Shown piece after piece: positions 53,650 to 64,000 of a stretch of DNA of 64,000 bases (the first letter of the stretch is position 1; the number at the start of each line of letters is the position of its first letter). Position numbers and translations under genes: made by a program. The notes under the pieces are model-generated. The model worked only from the letters and a program-made list of their open reading frames with translations. It was not told the origin of the DNA and made no database searches. This stretch comes from Lama guanicoe. Taxonomy: Eukaryota. The stretch spans positions 1,164,084 through 1,228,083 of the forward strand of contig MU056050.1 of the NCBI GenBank assembly GCA_013239625.1, given 5' to 3'.

Positions 53650-56101
53650 ACACCTTTTTATTGTGGTAAAATATACATAAACTTTACAGTTTTAACCATT
53701 TTAAAATATGTAATTCAGTTACATTATATATGATCACAATAATGTGTAGCTGTCATGTGTCTCCCAGAATTTGTTTATTACCCCAAAAGGAAACTTCACA
53801 TCTATTAAGCAACCTTTCTCCATAATCCAGTATTTTTGATGCCATTGAACATGGAATTGTTTTTCTGATGTTCTTTTTCAAATTGTTCGTTACTAGTATA
53901 GAACACTAACTGATTTTGTATGTTGTTCTTGTACCCTGCAACTTTGCTGCATCCATTTATTAGTCCTAAATGGTTTCTTTGGTGTATTTTTCATACATAA
54001 GATCAGATCACCTGCAAGTACAGTTTTTCATCTTCTATTCCACTTTGGATGCCATTTATTTGCTTTTCTTGCCTAATTTTTCTGTCTAGAACTTCAAGTA
54101 CAATATTAAATTGAAATGACAAAAGTGTGCATCCTTCTCTTTTTCCTGTTCTTAGGGGGAAAGATTTTAGCCTTTCTCCTTTGAGTTATATTAACTGTGG
54201 GTTTTTTCATAGATGCCCTTTATAATATTAAAAAAGTTTCCTTTTATTCCTAGTTTGTTGAGTGTTTTTATCGTGAAAGAGTGTTGAATTTTGTCAGATG
54301 ACATTTCTGCATCAATTGGGATGATATGTTTTCCCCCATATTCTATTAATATGGTATCTTACATTGATATTCATCTATCAAAACACCCCTGCATTTCTGA
54401 GATAAGTCTTACTTGGTTATAATAATCCTTTTATTGTGTTGCTGAATTTGGTTTGATAGTATTTTATTTTTGCATCTATATTCATAAGGGATATTGATCT
54501 CTCATCGTTTTTCCTTGTGATGTATTTGTCTAGCTTTGGTGCCTGGGTAATCCTGGAATCATATAGAATGATTTAGAAAGTGCTTCTTTCTATTCTGTTT
54601 TTTGAAGATTTTTGAGGGGGATTGATATTAAGTATTTTAAATTTTTGGTGGAGTTCATCAGTTGAAGACATATGGTACTGGGATTTTCTTTGTTCAGAGA
54701 CCTTGCAGGTTCAATTTCTTTACTGCTTATAGATATATCCAGGTTTCTATTTCTTTTTTGTTAAGTTTAGTCATTTATGTGTTTCTACCAGTTTGTCCCT
54801 TTCATCTAGGTGTGTTAGCATACAATTATTCATAACCTTCTCTCAAAGTCATTTTTATTTCTGAAAGATTGGTAGTAATGGCCAATTTTTCATTTATTAT
54901 TTTTACTATTTATATGTTTTGTATTGTTTTATTGTTCAGTCTACCTAAAGTTATGTCAATTTTGTTGGTCTTTTTAAAGAGCAGGTTTTATTTTAATTTT
55001 TTTCTATTGATTTTATATTCTCTATTTCTTTTTTATTAAAACATAGTTGATTTTACAATATTAGTTATAGATGTAAAACAGTGATTCCATATTTTTATGG
55101 ATTATATGTTTCATTTTTCTCTACTCTAGTTTTTATTATTGTCCTGATAGCTTTGGCTTTAGTTTGCTTTTCTTTTTCTGGTTTTTAAGGTATAAATTTA
55201 GGTTATTGATTTGAGGTCTTCCTTTTTTTAATGTAGCCACTTGCAGCTATAAATTTCTGTTTGAGCATTCCTTTTTATGCATTCTGTAAGTTTTGGTATA
55301 TTCTGTTTTCATTTTCATTCATCAAAATGTATTTTCTGATTTCCTTTGTTATTTCATCTTTGAGCTATTAATTATTTGTGTCCTGTTTATTTCCACACAT
55401 TTTTGAAATTCCTAATTTTCATTTTGTTACTTGATTTCTAGTTTTGTTCCATTGTTGCCAGAAGGATACTTTGTGTGATTTCAATATTTTTAAATATATT
55501 GAGGCTTATGTTTTGTGGCCTAGCATGGTTTATCCTGAAAAATGTTCCATGTACACTTAAGAATATGTCTTTTGTTATTGGGTGAAGTGTTCTATATATG
55601 TCTGTATGATTGGGTCCCATTTGTTTATTTTTGTTTTTATTTTTTTGTCTTGGGAATCTGATCTAAGAAAATATTGCTATGATTTATGTCTGAGACTACT
55701 TTGCCTATATTCTCTTCTAGTGGTTTTTTGGTGTCCTGTCTTATATTTAGGACTTTAAACCACTTTGAGTTTATTTTTGTATGTGGTGTGAGGGAGTGTT
55801 CTAATTTCATTGATTTACATGTAGCTGTCCAGATTTCCTGACACCACTTGTTGAAGAGATTGTCTTCTTCATTGTATATTCTTGCCTCTTTTGTCATAGA
55901 GTAATTGACCATAGGAGTGTGGATTTGTTTCTGGGCTCTCTGTTCTGTTCCATTGATCCATATGTCTGTTTTTGTGACAATACCATGTTGTTTTTATTAC
56001 TGTAGCTTTGTAGTATAGTCTGAAGTCTGGAATGATTATACCTCCAGCTTTGTTCTTTTTCCACAGGGTTGCTTTGACAATTCTGGCTTTTGTGTGTGTG
56101 C

Positions 56102-56147
<46 letters not shown>

Positions 56148-56910
56148 TTCTGTATAAATTTTAGTAATATTTGTTCTAGTTCTGTGATAAATGTCATAGA
56201 TAGTTTGATAGGGATTGCATTGACTCTGTAGATTGCTTTGGGTATTATGGCCATTTTAACAATATTAATGCTTCTAATCCAAGAGCACAAGATACCTTTC
56301 TATTTCTTTGAAGTACTTTCAGTTTCCTTTATCTGTATAGCTTTGAGCATATAGGTCTTTTTTTGCCTTGGTTAAATTTATTCTTATATATTTTTGATGC
56401 AATTTTAAGAGTTTTTTTCCTTTTAATATTTCATTATTAGTGTAAAGAAATGTAAGAGATTTCTACATATTAATCTTGTATCCTACTCCCTTGCTGAATT
56501 AATTTATTAGTTCGAACAGTTTTTCTGTGGAGACTTTTGGGTTCTATACATAGAATATCATGTCATCTGCAAACAGTGACTTTTTTACGTCTTTCCTTCC
56601 AATTTGAATAACTTTTATTTCTTTTTGTTGTCTGATTTCTTTGGCTAGGATTTCCAATATAATGTTAAATAAAAGTGAGAGAGGACATCCTTGTCTTTTT
56701 CTTGAATTTAGCAGGAAGTTTTTAAGCTTTTCACAGTTGAGCATTCCAAGTGCCTTTTTCTTGATTAGGCATTCACTTTATTGCTGTAAACATTTGACTA
56801 TATTTCAGGTTTGAACAAAATTTATTCTGACAGTTTTGGCAGATTTTTCAGTGTTTCTTAGGAGTGATGTGTCCTTGGAATTCGCTACTCTGGCATTTTT
56901 TCACTCTCCC
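53650..56910 (-). mobile_element. Composite L1: older L1M (3'UTR, ORF2, 5' end) with a younger L1 ORF2 segment at ~55611-56745
   Basis: Track ORFs 55637-55912, 56036-56290 and 56544-56744 (RQGCPLS...LFADDM), and EN motif at 55438-55620. Confidence 0.85.
56091..56146. repeat. (TG)n microsatellite
   Basis: tgtgtgtgtgcata followed by a long pure TG run inside L1 ORF2. Confidence 0.97.
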
Positions 56911-59900
56911 TAGTTCCTACTGACTATTTTTTTGTAAAAAATGTTTTATTGGAACACTGTTCCACTCATTTGTTGATGTACTGTCTATGGCTACTACTAC
57001 TCTACAGTGACATAGTTGAGTGATTGCTGTGCAAATTCTATCATCTCAAAGCCTAAAATATTGTTCTGTTTTCCTAATGAAATAAAATGGTAATTTAATC
57101 TTAATCTAATATAGATTCATGTTCCTGAGCTGTCTATTTTTTTGTGTTCAAAGGCTATGTTCTAGTAAGAGTACTGTACTCTTAATTATACCACTTTAGT
57201 AGGTAATGTTGACCAATGAGAGTCTCATTTCATTACTGTTGTTTTCAGTATTTTTCACTATCTTTGCCTGCTGTAGATGGAAATTAGAATTATTTTATCA
57301 AGGCTTCTCCAATTCCCCACAATCCCTTTGAAAATTTGAATAATATAAATATGTAATCTTTGCCATGTTGAGTTTTTATTTCCAAGAAAATGTCAATTTA
57401 TTCATTTTATTTTCATTTTTCCCAGTATACTCTTCTCACATTTAAATTGAACTTCTCATATTTAAATTGAACTTGTATAATTTATTTTGATTAATCTTTG
57501 AGTTTTGTGTTTTATTGTTATTTTGTGTAGCTTAACTCATCTCATGTTAAATAACAATTGTGTTATACAAGCAACATTTTTGGCACCAGATTTGTTAGAA
57601 ATGCTTTTAGTGCTCTGATAGATGAAATAGGACTCGTCTCTGTGGCAAATATTATACACTGTTTATGTCTATGAGCAGTAGTGAATTTAGAAAGGTTTTT
57701 AGGTCTGTTGTAACTCAGTTGTAAAGAAGACTTTTATAGTTGATTTCATTAATGTGGAATAGGAAATGGCAGTATATGTCCTAATTTTACATACCTGCTC
57801 ACTCTTCTATTTAACATTAAGAATGACAAATAACTACTAATATCCTTTATACCTTCTTAACAAGTTAAAGAAGTTTCCTCCAGTTTTCACTTTTTGTCAC
57901 AAATTGGTATTGAAGTTTATCAAATAAATGCCCTTTAGCAACTCTCAAAAATCGTATGTTTTTTTTATTAAAATATAACATATACAGAGTAGTTTAAAGA
58001 ATTCCTAATTATAACTCATCTGCCATTTCCTGTGATAAAACCAGTTTGGTCATAATATATTATTTTTATTAGCATATGAATGGATTCATTTTCTTAGATG
58101 TGTAGAGTTTTTGTATTATATTTATTGGTGAAATTTATCAGTATTTTCATTCTTTAGTGACAATGTATATGAGGTATAACAGCTTGATATAAAATAATTC
58201 CAAGCTTTCTGCCTTTTTGTCCTATACTCTGAAACATTTTGTATAAAATAAGCATGTATCTTACTTAGTGGTTTGAAAGAGTCTGCAGAACACCATTAGA
58301 ATATAGTGTCACTCTTGGGTGTAATTCTTTGAGAACCTTTTCAGACTTCTTTCATGGTTGTGGCTACATTTTCATATTTTTTCTTTAGTTAAGTTGGCCA
58401 TATACATTTCTTGATAATATAGTTCATTATAGCAGGTTTAATTTTTTTAACTAGAATGAAATAAAGAATTTGTATTTTCTTATAACTGTTGTAATTATCG
58501 TTTATTTTATCAGGGTAATACATGCATATAAGTTTGTAAAGTCACATTTAATAAAGACATTTAGTTGATAACAACAGTATCCTGATGAAAATGTCCCCAT
58601 TCCAGAGCCCTGTTCCTGGATAGAACAACTTTAAACTATTTAAGATGTTTCTTCTAGTGTTATTTCTCTGTTTCAAAGGAATATGCTCATGCCATTATTT
58701 ATTTAGTGATTTTAGAAATTATGCATTTGTTTCCAATATGGCATAGGAACATTTAACTCTGTAATACAGTTCAAACTTTTTCTTCTTCCATCTTCCAAAT
58801 ATAGTTATAATTTTAATAAAATGTCAGTGTTTGTTTTTTGACTATAGTTAGTATTATTTACTGCTAAGCTATCTATGAAATTTTTTGTATACGTTTGAAT
58901 TTTCATTCAGCTAATTATTGCCTTGTTTTCTCATTAGCGAATTCTTATTGTTTCAACATGTATGTGAAATTCCCATCAATATTATTTTCTAAACAATCAA
59001 ATTAATTGTTTAATCTAGCTTTTCTATGTTTCCCTGGTGAACTTTTCCCCTTTAATTCTTTCATTCTTCTCCATTTCATAATGATTGCTTTCTGGATTTA
59101 CTGAAGTTTTGTCATCCTAGGTGTACTTTCATTCATCTCCTATGTTGTACTCCAAGTTTTCTTAATTTCTGTCCGGTTTACTCACTCATTTTGTTGGAGC
59201 AAATTTACCAGTAGCATTCTCTGAAAGGACATACATAGAATATAAAGTTTTGAGCCATTGCATGTTTAAAAATCTCCTTATACTATTTAGAACCTTACTT
59301 TCTGATATTCTCTCAGAATTTTAAGGTATTGCTTCATTTTCTTCTAGCTTCTAGTGTTAATGCTTGAGAACCTTGATACTATTCTATTTCCCAGTCCTTT
59401 CAGGATTATCTCTTTTGCTTTTAGTGTTTGGAAATTTACAATAGTGTGCTTTGGTATAGAGTTTTTCCCAGTCACTTTGTTGATATGTCATTGCACCTTT
59501 CCATAAGGAGACTTACATTCTTTAAGTCTGTGAAACTTTTCAATTTTATTTCTTTGATAATTTTCTCCTTTTTATTTCCTTAGTTTTAAATTTCAGGTTA
59601 TTTTACTAATAGACTGTTCTTCTTCAATTAATTCTTCAACTAAAAAAAGCCTTTCTCCCATTGTCCAATTTTTGTTGTTGCTGTCAATGTTTCTTAAATT
59701 TCTAGGAAAATTCCTTGATTTTAACTTCCAGTGTTTCTACTTTAAAAACCTGTGAGCTTAGATTTAAATTCCAAGGACTCTTTTTTTCCCGATTCTTCCC
59801 CTTTTTGTAACATTCTGTTCTTATTTCAAAGACAAATATATTCTCTGAAGATATTAATTATTGACATTTTTGAAGTTTTGTCTGTTTCTTGTATTTTCTC

Positions 59901-60419
59901 TTTTCATCTTGCTTCCATTTTTGTTTTTGGGGGATGCTATTTCATGTTGGAGAATTTCCTGGACATCTTATTATCTTTCACTGTCAGTTTACACTTAGAA
60001 ATCAAACATAAAAGAACTGCTTAGAAGCTCTGTGTATGTGAATAGGGCTTTCAAAGAGCAAACTTTAAATTATAATGATTGTACAGAAATCCAGCTCTTT
60101 CATTAGTACAATGCACAAATGTCTTTTCTCTAAAATCCTTCCATTTTTCTATATATAAATTATCTAATTACCTGCCTAGCTCATATGAGCCTAGCTGCTG
60201 AAATTCTGGAAGTAGAGTGACAAAGGGAGCCTAGAATTTCCAAGGTTCAGTATGTATATTTTTATTTAATTATTTCATGTGAAGCTCTGTACTTATCCTC
60301 ATCCTCTCTTATGCTTGATCATGCACATGAAGAAAAGTTTCTTTCTCATTTGTCATGGGGTCTTTTTTGAATTTGCCATTTAATATCATTCTGTGTGAAG
60401 AATTGAAATCTTAAACTAC

Positions 60420-60870
60420 TACCGTAAATTTTACTGTTCATCTTTGTATTTTGCAATGTCAGTTTTAAATGCAAATATAAGAGCATTTAAATCAGATATG
60501 AAATCATAGAACTTATACAATTTATATGTTTGAGTTCATGCATGCATACAAATTTCATTCTTACCACAATTACGAAAATGCAGAAAACTTACTAAACTGT
60601 TTTTGTTTTACTTATTGGTATGTACACATTCCATAGATACTCTCTGCCTATGACTTACTGCTGAGTGGGAAGGACTGAATGAAAAAGAAATTAGAATTGC
60701 TTTTTCCCTTTCCTTTTAAAAAATCATTTTCAACATATGTGGTTGACTAATTAGGTAAAGAACAGAAATAAGAAAGGATATGGTAAGATTCTTCGGTTGC
60801 TCCCATTTCTTAGAATGTCATTGTCTTTTTTCTGCATTGGAGTAAGTTCTGGTTCAAACAGAAAGAGCTT
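60420..60870. mobile_element. hAT-Tip100-like DNA transposon fragment (Zaphod/Arthur-like)
   Basis: aaatgcaaatataagagcattt...ggaaggactgaa...taagaaaggatatg...aagttctggttc. Family recalled from memory. Confidence 0.5.
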
Positions 60871-60874
60871 GGAA

Positions 60875-61760
60875 GGATATTGCCCTGTTAACTCCTTGAT
60901 TTAAGACTTATAGCCTCCAAAACAATGAGAGGACCAATATTTGTCATTTTGAGCTATTTTTGCTACTTTCTTATAGCAGCCCTAGGAAACTCATACAGAT
61001 TTTGCTACCAAGAAGTATAGTGCTGTTAAAACAAATACCAAAAAATATAGAAGTGGCTTTGGGTTTGGATAATCGATAGAGGCTGGAAAAATTCGGGGAG
61101 ATATCATAGAAAAATCTTAAGCTGCCTTGAAGAAAGTGTTGTTGGAAATATGGAGGTTAAAGATATTTCTTGTTAAGTTAATGAGAAACATTTTATTGGA
61201 CACTGGAGGAAAAGTAATCCATGTTATAAAATGGTAGAAAAGATGACTCAGTCATGTTCTTCTTTTGGATAGAAAATAGAACTTATAAGTGATGAACTTG
61301 GGTATTTACCTAAGATTTCAAAGCAGAATGTACAAGATGCAGTCTGCTTCCTGCTGCTAAGAGTAAAATGTGAAAATAAAGAGAACATTTGAAGAAAAAA
61401 GGAAATAGAACTTGATTATTCAGATAACTAACCACCTATTCAAACTGAAAAAACATGCTAAGATATGCCCTAGGCGAACATCAAGTTTGTGGCTGGGCAA
61501 CCTTCTGCTGGGAAGATTAGAGGTGCAACTCAAAGATCCAGTCATCCATCTCAATAGAAGCCAAGACTAGAGATGAGGTTATAAAGGAAGAATCTGTAAA
61601 GAGTCTTCATGTCTGAAAGTATGAATCCCCCTGGAAAAAAGCATAAAAGACTACAAGGATTTTAAGGATGTTATACTAAAACAAACACTGCCAGCTTGGA
61701 CTGCAGGGGAGAAATATGGAATGAAAGAAGAATGGCTGGTGAACTTCTGCAATTTTGTGC
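60875..61760 (+). mobile_element. MLT1 LTR 3' end (to ~60998) plus MLT1 internal region
   Basis: agcctccaaaacaatgaga...ttatagcagccctaggaaactcataCA followed directly by gattttgctacc, the MaLR internal start. Confidence 0.8.
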
Positions 61761-62134
61761 CTGCAAATGCCTTAACTATTCAAATGCTGCTTACCTCTCC
61801 AGTCTCATTTCTTATCATACCTCCTCTAGAATTCTTTTACTTACTACACAATAAATGTCTTCCTTTTTACCTAAATACACAGTATTTCTACCTCTTTCAT
61901 TATTTCGGGCTTGCCCATTCTCCTACTGGTGGATTGTTCATTATCCCCCCATTGTGATAATTTCCACCTTATTGCTCTTTTGGGGATTCGTACCTGATTC
62001 TTAGACTCGGTTATATTTATTGTATATTTAATTTTCTCTAACACAATAGTTCATCATACATTGTTTTAACACTTCAGTTTATATTTTCTTTATTCTGGAT
62101 GTATGCACTGATTGCTTTTTAAAATGAATGTGCT

Positions 62135-62460
62135 TTAATTTTTGAGAAGTTTTAGGTTATTAAGAAATTGAGTGGAAAGTACAGAGTTCCCACATACCCT
62201 CTGCAAGTCCTCCCCACAATTTTCCCTATTATTAACATCTCGCATAGTGTATTCTATATGTTACAATTGACAAGTCAATACTGATACATTATTATTAACT
62301 CAAGTCCTTCAGTTACTTTAGGGTAATTGACAAGTCAATATTGACACATTATTATTAACTCAAGTCCTTTAGTTTAGGGTTTGTTCTTTGTATGTTCTAT
62401 GAGTTTTGATAAATGTATGATTCCATGTATCCACCAGTTTATTATCAAATAGAATTGGTT
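62135..62460 (-). mobile_element. L1MC/MD-type 3' terminus with an internal ~60-bp tandem duplication (62265-62380)
   Basis: gaaattgagtggaaagtacagagttcccacataccc, and two copies of aattgacaagtcaata...aactcaagtcctt...tttagggt. Confidence 0.75.
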
Positions 62461-62469
62461 TTTAAAATT

Positions 62470-64000
62470 TATTCTTTGTTTTTATTGCAGCAAAACAGTT
62501 TATATGAGATATACCCTTTCAACAAATTATTAAGTGTACGATACCATCAACTATAGGCATAATGTTTTACAGTAGGTTTCTGAAACTTGTGTTGCATAAC
62601 TGAAACTTCGTAACTGTTGAACATCAACTCTCAGTTTCTCCCTCCCCCAGCTGTTGAGAACAACCATTCTGCTCTCTGTTTCTATGAATCTGACTATTTC
62701 AGATACCTTATATAAGTTTAATTATGCAGTATTTATCTTTCTGTGACTGACTTATTTCACTTAGCTTAATGTCCTATATGTATACCATGTTGTTACATAT
62801 GGCAGGATTTCCTTCTTTTTAAGAATGAATATTATTCTGTTGTATGTGTATACCACATTTTCTTTATCCATTCATCAATTGATGGGTGTTTAAGTTATTT
62901 CCATATCTTGGATATTGTGAATAATGCTACAATGAACATAAAAGTACATATTATCTCTTTGAGATCCTGATTTCAGTTCGTTTGGATATATCTATATAGA
63001 AATGGAATTACTGGACAACATGCATTTTATTTTTAATTTTTAAGGAACCTCCCTACTGTTTTCCATAGTGGCTGCTCCAGTTTACACTCTCACCAGAAGT
63101 GTACAAGGGTTACATTTATTCCACATTCTTGCCAATACTTGTTATCTTTTGTTTTTGATAATAGCCATCCTAGCAGGTGTGAGATGATATCACCTTGTGA
63201 TTTTGATTTACATTTCCCTGATGATTAGTGATGTTGAGCATCATTTCACATAGCTTTTGCTTACTTGTATGTCTTCTTTGAAAAAATGTCTATTCAGGTC
63301 TTCAACCAATTTTTAATCAGGTTATTTGTTTTTGTTATTATTGTGTTGTAGGAGATCCTTACATATTTTAAATAATAATTCCTTATCACATATATCTTTT
63401 GTGAATATTTTATCCTATTCTGTTGGTTGCCTTTCACTCTGTTGATTGTTTCTTTTGCTGTGCAGAAGCTTTTTAGTTTGATGTAGGCCCACTTGTCTAA
63501 TTTTCCTTTTTTTGCTTGTGCTTTTGGTGTCACATCCAAAGGAATCATTAACAAGACAAATGTCACGAAGCTTTCCCCCTATGATTTCTTCTAGGAGTTT
63601 TATAGTTTCAAGTCTTACGTTTTAAATTCTTTCTAATTTGAGTTGATTTGTGTGTATGGTGTAAGTTAAGGGCCCAATTTCATGCTTTTGCGTGTGGATA
63701 TCCAGTTTTCCCAGCCCCATTTGTTGAAGAGACTGTCCTTTTCTCTGTTGTGTATTTTTGGTACCCTTGTAAAAGACCAATGGACTATATATGCATGGGC
63801 TTTTTTCTGGGCTTTCTATTCTGTTCCATTGTTCTATATGTCTGTCTTTATGCCAGTACCATACTGTTTTTAATTGGTATAGCTTTGTAATATATTTTGA
63901 AACCAGGTTGTGTGAGGCCTCCCACATTGTTCTTTCTCAAGATTGCTTTGAATATTTAGGATTACTTCTGATTCCATATGAATTTTAGATTTTTGTTTAT
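62470..64000 (-). mobile_element. L1MA-type element (3'UTR and ORF2 C-terminus), continuing beyond the window
   Basis: Track ORFs 63294-63566 ([20 protein letters not shown]) and 63622-63927 ([22 protein letters not shown]). Confidence 0.92.

Larger units (their letters stand above)
53360..57062 (+). mobile_element. MER58A-like MITE split into 53360-53414 and 56925-57062 by L1 insertion(s)
   Basis: Left part cagggttcaacctaatatgacccataggctgaatctaacctgctgcct continues in register as ttttgtaaaaaatgttttattggaacac...aaagcctaaaatatt. Confidence 0.65.

Noticed and set aside
1..64000. CRISPR arrays, rRNA/tRNA genes, prokaryotic operons, intact ERV or autonomous L1
   Set aside because: No regular repeat-spacer array, no RNA-gene signature and no long ORF; all ORF2 copies are fragmented.

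Overview
Placental-mammal genomic DNA, AT-rich and dominated by interspersed repeats: LINE-1 of several ages, L2, MIR, MaLR/ERV LTRs, and Tigger/hAT DNA transposons. I recognise no Alu, B1/B2, BovB/Bov-A2, PRE-1 or CAN SINE. A cetartiodactyl, possibly camelid, origin is a tentative inference. No intact protein-coding gene is visible; the ORF-track entries are L1 remnants or chance ORFs. Most L1 copies lie on the minus strand, and two short, well-flanked plus-strand exon candidates (30871-30924, 40985-41024) suggest the window lies within long introns of an unidentified plus-strand gene. The most interesting element is a TSD-flanked 2.9-kb L1 derivative (25979-28921, minus) with a complete 5'UTR and ORF1 but almost no ORF2 (half-L1/HAL1-like, possibly produced by splicing). 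Other notable structures are a twin-primed 5'-inverted L1 inside Tigger1, a solo LTR nested in another LTR, and a tiny TSD-flanked retrocopy of an RNA polyadenylated in a MaLR LTR. Repeat family names are from recognition by eye, and boundaries of old repeats are approximate.
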